Shown here piece by piece: positions 29,601-37,238 of a DNA stretch of 64,000 nucleotides. Position 1 is the stretch's first letter, and the number at the start of each line of letters is the position of its first letter. The notes beneath the pieces are model-generated. The model ran no database searches. It saw only the letters and a list, made by a program, of their open reading frames with translations, and was not told the origin of the DNA. Made by a program: the position numbers and the translations under genes. The DNA lies in contig CAXGUD010000012.1 of NCBI GenBank assembly GCA_964012805.1, forward strand, positions 1 through 64,000. The letters run 5' to 3'. Source of the DNA: an uncultured Bacteriovoracaceae bacterium. GTDB lineage: Bacteria; Bdellovibrionota; Bacteriovoracia; Bacteriovoracales; Bacteriovoracaceae.

Positions 29601-30126
29601 TATTTCACTAAAGCTAAGTAAAACCGTAAATTTTTCTGTTTCAGGTGCAGATGTAACCTTGGATAAGGATGCTTTTAATTTATTACAAGATGGCATTATT
29701 CACATTTTAAGAAATTGTTTGGATCATGGCATTGAGCTACCAGAAGAAAGAACAAGTATTGGAAAAAGCGGCGTAGGGAATATCGAGATAATTTGTAAAG
29801 AGAATAAAAACGGGAAAATTGAGCTAGTTGTTAAGGATGATGGAAAAGGTATTAATCTAGATATTATTTCAAAAAAGGCAATAGAAAAAGGACTCTATAC
29901 AGAAGAAAGTTTATCTACACTTGAAGAGCAAGAAATTTTAAATATTATATTCCATCCACATTTTAGTCAGAAAGAGGAAGTAGATGAACTAAGTGGGCGT
30001 GGAATTGGAATGGATGTAGTCAGAAAGAATTTGATTAAAATGGAAGGCGAAATACACGTTGAATCTAAGCTTGGTGTGGGTACAAGTATGAAAATGCTAT
30101 TTAACCCTGGCCCACCAAAAACTTAA
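26692..30126 (+). CDS. 2TM-HAMP receptor, PAS-like core, tandem Hpt and CheA-type HATPase (no CheW)
   Basis: DELQDLTDSFNEM HAMP; HTLKG (28060) and HNLKS (28474); HILRNCLDHG, DDGKG, SGRGIGM; start chosen by alignment to the paralog at 54842. Confidence 0.88.
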   Translation: MKAKKTTIAKKMILSVIFVTVVVASLTSFIILRQDYIKEMSGVEKVLDGVQESFVNQLSSALYNEDEEQVSHSLKGILKLPGIVEVRVREEDDEQDVHNFINDGFKSLENKKRRGLGPKREIDLVYKQKGEKDKYIGVLYVYSTLGFAKQRIVKQIINFSIVQSSQVVVLALSIFLIFRNLVSRHLKKMTIFAESMDLNDLSGPGLYLDRKKSTVKDELQDLTDSFNEMRHNLKVAHASLKDYADNLEDKVKVATKEIEDEKGKVSNLLNNMRQAVFLIDGNWIVIPPVSEFTHQVFENDIIGKDVLTTVFKDMDQESEDFSDLKSALCLVYGDDEFQFSIIYDNLPKKILFITESGDEKILSISYIGLYNSDELLETIMLVVDDVTEREKLEKEINLKKQESEKSIQLITEMANAEIEDIEMFLTNSQNLIQSLIKLGKNAPTDISTIGEMFRFLHTLKGNSRIFNFNSISQLAHRTENQVTEIKTLIEEGESVQDSLYRDVVENLYNVSKEIMEVSGLAKKVFRIENRFEKDLLKVIFSNLIKLDDLIRRNIIEKDYLLHSGEGFKKRKEIFKNVCANLSIEGKEGVIAECVHNLKSYSKASMSFHDLNQFANNFENSLYLLKNLTEENLNEFSEHFIDNLLELKDNCKALYFESDLNRPISLSYDDWSILIIKFYEFHLSLDIKNCKIKEDDISLLTKFIEYAKSFQLGLLFYLGEEIKKVVCSPQPEALEVSELIAEVWDYILLITKIDLIVQNKSEKVDKEKGIIDSYYDQSQIGKVKRQDLMENGHDNLVQNIFLNLIKRNMTIHRFVDTLRRTFDFDQRYENLKDNSSLFFIHFEYRSILKTIRNDFKTSRIISDVPNKTKKFAKDGVPIAKAFDNYFLWNKRVSYLKLIDLYQVLEGFTAQGAKEIGIKKAETWPVIVKNLKKLENLIDEKADIHKISDAFRRLKDIPLVPNLNKFKTMVQDISLKLSKTVNFSVSGADVTLDKDAFNLLQDGIIHILRNCLDHGIELPEERTSIGKSGVGNIEIICKENKNGKIELVVKDDGKGINLDIISKKAIEKGLYTEESLSTLEEQEILNIIFHPHFSQKEEVDELSGRGIGMDVVRKNLIKMEGEIHVESKLGVGTSMKMLFNPGPPKT

Positions 30127-30140
30127 AACTTGGATAAAAA

Positions 30141-31376
30141 TTGAAAATTTGTTTTGGAACCCATCGGTTAAATTTTGAAGATAAACAGTCATCAAAGATA
30201 ATAGAATTGGCTTTAAAAAGTGGTTGTACGACGATCGTCAATTCTTCAATTATAAACTATGACAAATATGAAGAGATGATTGGCTCACTTCTTTGTGATA
30301 ATAGAGATTTAAGTCCAACAATAATATCTAAGGGTGGAATATTAAATAATTCTGACAAAGAAGAATTTTTAAAATTTGCGGACATAAAAAGAAAAGAGGA
30401 AGAATCACTCTTTCCTTTTCAAGAATATCCACTTTTTTCTTTGGATGAGAAAGTATTGGAATTCCAAATTAATAACTCATTAAGAAGATTAAAAAAGGAA
30501 GCTCTGGATGTTTTTATAATTCAATATCCTGAACAATATTTAATTAAAGACTTAAAAAATATAGAGTCTTTTTACAACAAGATTCATCAATTGATCACTT
30601 TTTTAGAAAAAAAAGTTGAATGTAAAAAAATAAAAGAATACGGGGTCAGCTCCTCTTGTTTTACAATAGAAGAAAAAAATAAAGTTAATTTGGAAGAGAT
30701 CATCAACCTAAGTAAAAAAGGAAGAAAAGAAAATCATTTAAGATGGGTAGAGTTTCCATTAAACCTAATAGAAAGAGAGGCCTTAGAAAGGGGGAAGAGT
30801 GGGGAATCACTTATAGATTTGGCAAAAAATAACAATCTAAAAACCCTTTCATTTAGACCATTGAGTGCTTTTATGTCAGATAAATTATTGAGATTGGCCA
30901 CATATGAAGAAGTTTCAAAAGGTTTTAATTACAGTGAATCCCAGCGTATTTTAGAAGATTTTATAGATTTATTGGAGTTTGAAATTTTAGATAAATATGG
31001 GCAAATAACAATGGATGATTATTCCTTTTTCACTTTTTTGAGGCGTAATTGGGTTGAGCTTCATAACTTCGATCAAATTGATCATATTTTCAATAAAGCT
31101 ATTCCTCTTTTTGTTGGCAAAATTTCTAAGACTAAGAGGATTAAAGATAAGGTTGATATTCTTTATAGAGTGGGTTCAATCCAGGTTAGGCATTACATGA
31201 CTAAAAAAGGAAATGAATTTAGGAAGAAGGCCATAATTGAAGGAATAATTCCAGATATCCCTGAAAAAGATTTGGCTACACTAGCTTTTGAAACGTATAA
31301 AAAATGGGATATAGATTTTGTTTCTTTAAATTTTAGAGAAATAGAAGATATTCGGAAAGTAACTAATTTCTTTTAA
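30141..31376 (+). CDS. Aldo/keto reductase-fold protein (degenerate)
   Basis: ICFGTHR, ISKGG, SLRRLKKEALDVF, YGVSS, FPLNLIE. Confidence 0.75.
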   Translation: MKICFGTHRLNFEDKQSSKIIELALKSGCTTIVNSSIINYDKYEEMIGSLLCDNRDLSPTIISKGGILNNSDKEEFLKFADIKRKEEESLFPFQEYPLFSLDEKVLEFQINNSLRRLKKEALDVFIIQYPEQYLIKDLKNIESFYNKIHQLITFLEKKVECKKIKEYGVSSSCFTIEEKNKVNLEEIINLSKKGRKENHLRWVEFPLNLIEREALERGKSGESLIDLAKNNNLKTLSFRPLSAFMSDKLLRLATYEEVSKGFNYSESQRILEDFIDLLEFEILDKYGQITMDDYSFFTFLRRNWVELHNFDQIDHIFNKAIPLFVGKISKTKRIKDKVDILYRVGSIQVRHYMTKKGNEFRKKAIIEGIIPDIPEKDLATLAFETYKKWDIDFVSLNFREIEDIRKVTNFF

Positions 31377-31402
31377 TTTTATAATGGAGTTCGGGGTAAA
31401 AA

Positions 31403-31765
31403 ATGAAAATTTTGGTAATTGATGATTCAAGTGAATATAGAAGTCGTTGGCGAAATTTATTGGAAATTTTAAATCACGATGTAATAGAAGCCGAAGATGG
31501 TTACCAAGGAATTGACCAAATTAAAAGTAATGATGATATTAACTTAATAATTTCAGACCTTCACATGCCAGAATTGAATGGAATTGAAATGTGTCGAAAA
31601 ATCAGAGAGCAAAACCTATCTGTCCCAAAAATTCTTATGATTACAACAGAAGCCAATCCAACACTTAAGAAAGAGGGAATTAAAGTTGGTGTTTATAAGT
31701 GGATATTAAAAAGACACTTAAGCGATGATGTTTTTAAAATGGTTATTAATGAAGTTTTCAAATAA
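31403..31765 (+). CDS. Single-domain response regulator (CheY-like)
   Basis: ILVIDDS, ISDLHMPELNG, ITTE, WILK. Confidence 0.93.
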   Translation: MKILVIDDSSEYRSRWRNLLEILNHDVIEAEDGYQGIDQIKSNDDINLIISDLHMPELNGIEMCRKIREQNLSVPKILMITTEANPTLKKEGIKVGVYKWILKRHLSDDVFKMVINEVFK

Positions 31766-31795
31766 TTAAATAATAAAATTTTTAGGAGAAGGCTT

Positions 31796-32545
31796 ATGTT
31801 CATGAAAAAATGGTATTTTAGTTTTCTATTTTTTACTCTTCCAATTTACTCATGGGGTGATGTGATAAATATTGCGTCAATTAATTGGGCACCTTTTTAT
31901 GGAAAAGACTTAAAAAAGGATGGCGTTGTCAGTGAAATTGCTAGGGTCGCCTTAGAAAGGTCAGGCCACAAAATTAATTTTGAATACATGCCTTGGAAAA
32001 GGGCCATGAAAAAAACGGCCAAAGGGAAAAAATATCATGGGCTTTTTGGCTGTTGGTACAGTAAAGATAGAGAAAAAGATTATATCTTTTCTAAGGAAAC
32101 AATGTTGGATGGGTCTCCTCATTTCATAGCAGGCATAAATTCACCTGTTACTATTTCGAAAGCCTCAGACCTTAAGGGGCTAACAATAGGCATTGTCAGA
32201 GGCTATACTACGAGTGAACAGGTTAAGGAATTATTTCAAGCAAAGAAGACAAAAAAATGGGAGGTTTCAAAAGGACATCAGCTTTTCTCTCTTATTGAAA
32301 AGAAAAAAGTTGATGTTGTTTTAGAAAATCAATTTGTTGCACAAGATATTTTTAAAAAGAAGTTTCCTGGAAAAAGTTACAATTTTAAGAAGGTTGGAAG
32401 CGACTTCTTTAACGGTAAACTTTTTATGTGCTGGAGTAAGAAATTTCCTGGTGTAAAGAAAATAGCTGATGATTTTGATAAGAATTTAAAAATAATGAAA
32501 TCCGATGGCAGTTTACAAAAAATCAAAAAAGAATTTAATTTTTAA
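31796..32545 (+). CDS. Periplasmic solute-binding protein, family 3-like
   Basis: Signal peptide, WAPF, PWKRA, DLKGLTIG..RGY, MKSDG.L..I. Confidence 0.88.
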   Translation: MFMKKWYFSFLFFTLPIYSWGDVINIASINWAPFYGKDLKKDGVVSEIARVALERSGHKINFEYMPWKRAMKKTAKGKKYHGLFGCWYSKDREKDYIFSKETMLDGSPHFIAGINSPVTISKASDLKGLTIGIVRGYTTSEQVKELFQAKKTKKWEVSKGHQLFSLIEKKKVDVVLENQFVAQDIFKKKFPGKSYNFKKVGSDFFNGKLFMCWSKKFPGVKKIADDFDKNLKIMKSDGSLQKIKKEFNF

Positions 32546-32560
32546 ATTATAATTTTAAAA

Positions 32561-32680
32561 TTGCGACCTTGTGGGGGGATCTTTAATGCCCCCACCACAT
32601 CGGTTCTTTTTGTGCTACGCGCATTGGTGCCATTTAGGAACTCTATCTCACTAAAAGAGGATGCATAAAAGTCGGCATCA
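32561..32680. other. GC-rich structured intergenic element (possible ncRNA)
   Basis: 57/120 GC by hand count in AT-rich flanks; several complementary stems. Confidence 0.3.
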
Positions 32681-33014
32681 TAAAAAATAAATGTTTGTTC
32701 CTCCTTTTTTATTATTTTATAAGGTTTTTGCTCCTTCTTTCCGTTTCTCGCGCTCTTTTCTTTGAATGTTTTTTCGAGAAAAAAATAAAATACTATTTTT
32801 TCTTTTAGCCAGTGCCAGAATGGAATAAATAAATTTGATTTTTCTTGTTTTTTTTAAAAAAACTTACAAATAGGCCATATGTAAGTTCTTAAATTCATTG
32901 TCAGAAAAGGTTAGATGAAGAATTCATTTAGTTGGTATTTAAGATAACTACCACTCTGATGATTGGGTTTAAATTACCTCTTTGTCAGAAAAACTTGAGT
33001 CATGGAGGTTAAAA

Positions 33015-33827
33015 ATGATTAACGTTTTTATAAAAAATTTTTTATTTTTGGGCCTTATTATTTTAGTGGTCTCATGTGGAAAAAATTATAAACGACATGA
33101 TTCTTCGGAAAACTTAGATTTTAATAAGTCTTTAACGGTTATCAGGGAGAATAATTTTGTTAAGGTTCCAGAAAACCCTGATTTGTATTCCGATTTGCTT
33201 TCTTCTAAAGTTCTAAACTCTATCGGAAGAATGGAGCTAGGTTGTACTGTTACCCATATTGGGGGACGTTTTGCAATAACTGCAGGTCATTGTTTCGCTA
33301 ACCCATATTTAAGAGAGGATAGGGCCTCTTTTTTTGTAAAAGATGTTAGTTGTAATTATGTTTCTGGACTTCCTAACAGTAAGTATGAAGTATCTTTTGG
33401 GGTGAGAGGAAAGTCACTTGGAAATGTTAAAGGCCAATGTGAAAAAATTATTATCGCTGAGAATAGTGCTCATTTAGACTTTGCAATAATCAAGCTTACC
33501 AAAGCACCTAAAGAGGCAATTTTTTTAAAGGAAAAATCTAAAGCAATTGAGGGGAAAAAAGTAACGATCTATTCTCATCCCTCTAAAAGGGCCTTAGAGT
33601 GGTCACAAGATTGTTACTTATTAGGTAGGAGAATGGACGAGCTTAATAGAATTCAATATGACTGTGATACGGAAGGTGGAAGTAGTGGAGCAGCTGTTTT
33701 AGATACGGATTCGTTAGAAATTGTTGCTATTCATACTAATGGAACTTTCAATAGTTATTATGGACACAATTCTGGTCAACCCATTCAAGATATTATTAAC
33801 AAGTTAAAAAAAGAACTTGATATTTGA
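33015..33827 (+). CDS. Trypsin-like serine protease lipoprotein
   Basis: VVSC lipobox; TAGHC, DFAII, DTEGGSSG triad; GGAGG RBS. Confidence 0.92.
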   Translation: MINVFIKNFLFLGLIILVVSCGKNYKRHDSSENLDFNKSLTVIRENNFVKVPENPDLYSDLLSSKVLNSIGRMELGCTVTHIGGRFAITAGHCFANPYLREDRASFFVKDVSCNYVSGLPNSKYEVSFGVRGKSLGNVKGQCEKIIIAENSAHLDFAIIKLTKAPKEAIFLKEKSKAIEGKKVTIYSHPSKRALEWSQDCYLLGRRMDELNRIQYDCDTEGGSSGAAVLDTDSLEIVAIHTNGTFNSYYGHNSGQPIQDIINKLKKELDI

Positions 33828-33851
33828 TTCCCTAAATTGAGTAAGTTAAAT

Positions 33852-33888
33852 AAAAAGGGGGACGGTTAAGAGTCCTCTTTTTTATTTT
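33852..33888 (+). terminator. Intrinsic terminator
   Basis: AAAAAGGGGGAC-loop-GTCCTCTTTTT plus T tract. Confidence 0.75.
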
Positions 33889-34032
33889 AAAATAATTTCT
33901 ATTTCAAGGATCGATTATTTCTTAATCACTAAAGAAGAAAACTTTTTTTTGTAAATTGAAATAAAATTTTTTTTGTTGTTTAATAAAAAAATACTTGAAA
34001 AAAATTAAATTAAATTTTAATTTTTTCGTTCA

Positions 34033-34060
34033 TAAATAAAAAATTAAAATACTCCGATAA
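34033..34060 (+). promoter_or_regulatory. sigma28 (FliA)-like promoter
   Basis: TAAA-N16-TCCGATAA ending 10 nt before the mlaE ATG. Confidence 0.5.
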
Positions 34061-34070
34061 TTACTGCGTT

Positions 34071-34808
34071 ATGGAGTTTTATAATTTTTTTTACTTTTTA
34101 TACTTAGATTTAAAAAAACAAGCAAAAGAACAAAAAGTTCCAAAAAAGGTCATTTTTGATCAAATTTACTTCACTGGTGTTCAAGCACTACCCATCATTG
34201 CAATTATTTCACTCCTTTTGGGCGCCATAATTATTAAGGAAGGACATGCTTATGTTGGAAAATTTGTCGATAAAAGCTGGATTTATAAAATTATTGTAAG
34301 TGTTATGATTCGTGATGCTGCTCCCTTTATAACTGCTCTTATTGTTTTAAGTCGATCTGGAATTGCGATGGCAACTGAGCTTGGTTATATGAATATAAAT
34401 AAAGAGGTCGATTCGTTGAGAATCATGGGAATATCACCCCTTACTTATATTGTATTACCAAGGATATTGGGAGTCTCAATTTCGGTTGTATTATTAGTGA
34501 TTTATTTTCTTTTGATTGGGATTATTGGTGGTTATATAGTTACCAATGTTTTTTCGCCAATACCTTTTTGGGTCTTTATGGAAAAACTTTCTCAAAATAT
34601 GAGTTTTTCGGATCTTTTTATTATGTTTATAAAAGCTTTGTCATCCGGTTTTTTAATTTCTTTTATTTGTTGCTTTCATGGACTTAATGTCAGGTATAGT
34701 TTTACGGAAATACCACAAAGAAATATTAAGGCCTTTGCCCAGAGTGCCTTATCTATAACTTTTATTAATTTTATGGGAATAATGTTTTATTTGGTCTTTT
34801 TTACATGA
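34071..34808 (+). CDS. mlaE: MlaE-family ABC permease
   Basis: RSGIAMATELGYM...EVDSLRIMGISP..Y.VLPR. Confidence 0.92.
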   Translation: MEFYNFFYFLYLDLKKQAKEQKVPKKVIFDQIYFTGVQALPIIAIISLLLGAIIIKEGHAYVGKFVDKSWIYKIIVSVMIRDAAPFITALIVLSRSGIAMATELGYMNINKEVDSLRIMGISPLTYIVLPRILGVSISVVLLVIYFLLIGIIGGYIVTNVFSPIPFWVFMEKLSQNMSFSDLFIMFIKALSSGFLISFICCFHGLNVRYSFTEIPQRNIKAFAQSALSITFINFMGIMFYLVFFT

Positions 34809-35482
34809 CTATAAAAATTAAAAATTTAACTTTAAGGAACCTTGAAGGCAATTTTAAAGATTTAACTTTTTCTTTTGAATATGGAAAAAGTTATTTCGTT
34901 CGCGGAGTTAACGGAATTGGAAAAACAACTCTAGTGAACTCATTGGTCGGCTTACATAAGCCTTTAATAGGAGATATTTTATACGATGGTGTTAATTTTT
35001 ACAAAGGTTCTAGGCAAGATAGATATAAAATACGCCAAAAAATGGGAATAATTTTCGACAAGCCAGGACTTCTTTCTAATTTAACAATATTTGAGAATTT
35101 AAAATTGAGATTTCTATCAATAGAAAAAATTAATCTTTGGGAAGACAACTGGAATAAACGAGAAATCGATATTCTGATTGGAGAGGAGTTAATTGATTTA
35201 GGTTTAGAAAACAAAAAATACTTAAGGCCAAATTTACTTTCTCAAGGTGAAATTAAAAAAATATCAATATCCAGGGCCTTGATTTCAAATCCAAAAATAA
35301 TTATTTGGGATAATGCATTTGAAGGTTTATCTATAGAGGATAAAGTGTATTTTGAGAAAAAAATACTTAATCTGAAAAGTAAAAATGCGATTATAATTTT
35401 TTTTAACTCATGGATTTCATGCAAAGACGATTTATTGGATGATGTCTTAGATTTAAATGAATGGAGAAAGAAAGTTGATTAA
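34805..35482 (+). CDS. mlaF: MlaF-like ABC ATP-binding protein with degenerate motifs
   Basis: Walker A GVNGIGKTT, signature LSQGE, Walker B IIWDN; ATGA overlap with mlaE. Confidence 0.8.
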   Translation: MTIKIKNLTLRNLEGNFKDLTFSFEYGKSYFVRGVNGIGKTTLVNSLVGLHKPLIGDILYDGVNFYKGSRQDRYKIRQKMGIIFDKPGLLSNLTIFENLKLRFLSIEKINLWEDNWNKREIDILIGEELIDLGLENKKYLRPNLLSQGEIKKISISRALISNPKIIIWDNAFEGLSIEDKVYFEKKILNLKSKNAIIIFFNSWISCKDDLLDDVLDLNEWRKKVD

Positions 35483-36407
35483 TAAGAATGATGCAACAAA
35501 AAAGACGCCCGTGATTTTTTTGTTAGGCGCAGTCTTAATTCTTTCTATTTTTCTAGGTCTACTTATAACCCAAAGAAATATACTTTTACCGAAAAAAAGA
35601 TTTTATACCTATATTAAAAACGCAAGCGGATTGGATGTGAGACCAAGAGTTTACTTAAAAGGAATTAATATAGGGAGAGTCACAGAATATGAACTGACTA
35701 ATGACAATAGAATAAAGGTTAATTTTTATATTCTAAAAAAATATTTAAAAAATATTACTAAAAACACTATTGTTTTGACTGAAGAAAATCTGTTAACAGG
35801 TGGGGTGGATAAATTAAATTTGGCAACTGAATTTTCATCAAAGAAAAATAATTTAATTGGTAAGAAGTTTATTCCTTGGGAGAATAGTCCCGAGGGAATT
35901 AAAATTAAAAATGACTATCAACTAGACTACTCAGGAAATCAAATAACAATTCTTATTAATCAAATGTCTACTATATTTGCTAACATGGATAAAAAAGAAT
36001 TAACAGATTCCCTAAGAAATATTGTTTTAAATACAGAAAGTGTTTTAAAAAATATTAATGAAAATAAAATACCAAATAAAGTTGGGAATACTGTCTTTCA
36101 AACAAAAAAATTGGTCATAAGTTTAAGACAATTAGTGGATAATTATAAAGAACCAAATGGTATCCTTCTTAAAATGACAGACCCAAATCTAAGAAGTATT
36201 TTTGGAGAAATAGAAAAATCATTAAATCACCTTTCCGGTATATTAGAAAAAGTTCATGAAAACAAAAATGAAATCGGCCCTCTTCTTGAAAACCTTAATG
36301 TTGTTCTCAAGGAAGTTAAACAAATCACTAGTAAATTAAATAGATTGGAAGTTTTTGAAAAGAATAGAATTAAAAAGGAGCGCATTGACTTTGAAATTGA
36401 TAATTAA
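35475..36407 (+). CDS. mlaD: MlaD/MCE-domain protein with long helical extension
   Basis: TM anchor, ASGL...VYLKGINIGRV MCE motif, coiled-coil tail; TTG start overlaps the mlaF stop. Confidence 0.85.
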   Translation: MINKNDATKKTPVIFLLGAVLILSIFLGLLITQRNILLPKKRFYTYIKNASGLDVRPRVYLKGINIGRVTEYELTNDNRIKVNFYILKKYLKNITKNTIVLTEENLLTGGVDKLNLATEFSSKKNNLIGKKFIPWENSPEGIKIKNDYQLDYSGNQITILINQMSTIFANMDKKELTDSLRNIVLNTESVLKNINENKIPNKVGNTVFQTKKLVISLRQLVDNYKEPNGILLKMTDPNLRSIFGEIEKSLNHLSGILEKVHENKNEIGPLLENLNVVLKEVKQITSKLNRLEVFEKNRIKKERIDFEIDN

Positions 36408-37221
36408 TTGCTTTCTTATTTTTGTTTTTTCGTCTTGTTCTTTTCAAATGGGGAAAGCACCAAAAGAGCAAATGTTTAATACCTTTGAAAGGGCTTCTTA
36501 CCTTGTAAAAAGATCCAAGGCTTTAAGGTATAAAGGCAAAATAGATGATTCAATTAAGTTAATGGAAAACGCCACACTTAACTTTTTAGCTTCAGGAAAA
36601 AGAAAAGAATTTTTTTTGACAAATGTACAAATATTAATTTTGTCTTTGACTCACAATAAAAAAAGAGAATATGAAAAAGAAATAAAAAAACTAGAAAACT
36701 TCAATATGATAAATGATTTAAATATGGATATACCATTAACTATAGTCAAGTCTTATTTTTATTTCAAAAAGAATAAAAAAAAAATAGCTATTGAAATTTT
36801 AAACAATTATGAGCTAGTCAATACAATCGATGATTTGAGAACTAAAATTTATTTTCTATCAATTCGGATGGAAATATCTGATTTTGATGTAAAAAACGAT
36901 TTAATTTTATCCTTGGATAAAATGTGCAGATCATACGAAAAAAGTAAATCCGAAAGGAATGGAAAAAAAATAAATCTAGAATTATTATCTAAAGCATCTT
37001 TTAACTTAGGTAAGGCTTTTCTGAGAATAGGGGACTTGAAAAAATCAAATTTCTGGCTTTTGAAAAATTATGAAATAAATAAACGACTTCAGCATTATGT
37101 TAAATTAATTCCAACATTAGAACTTTTAAAGGCTAATTTTGAGCGCATGGGGTTGAGAAAAAAAAGTAATTATTATAAAAATCTAGAAAATTTTTACGTG
37201 GATTTTTTAAACTCTCTTTAA
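36355..37221 (+). CDS. TPR-like lipoprotein in the MCE operon
   Basis: FSSC lipobox; FNLGKAFLRIGD TPR-like helix pattern; start uncertain. Confidence 0.65.
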   Translation: MKRIELKRSALTLKLIINCFLIFVFSSCSFQMGKAPKEQMFNTFERASYLVKRSKALRYKGKIDDSIKLMENATLNFLASGKRKEFFLTNVQILILSLTHNKKREYEKEIKKLENFNMINDLNMDIPLTIVKSYFYFKKNKKKIAIEILNNYELVNTIDDLRTKIYFLSIRMEISDFDVKNDLILSLDKMCRSYEKSKSERNGKKINLELLSKASFNLGKAFLRIGDLKKSNFWLLKNYEINKRLQHYVKLIPTLELLKANFERMGLRKKSNYYKNLENFYVDFLNSL

Positions 37222-37238
37222 AGTAATCATAAAAATAA

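Noticed and set aside
32956..33000. CTGATGA...GAAA hammerhead-like core
   Set aside because: The required stems cannot be formed convincingly
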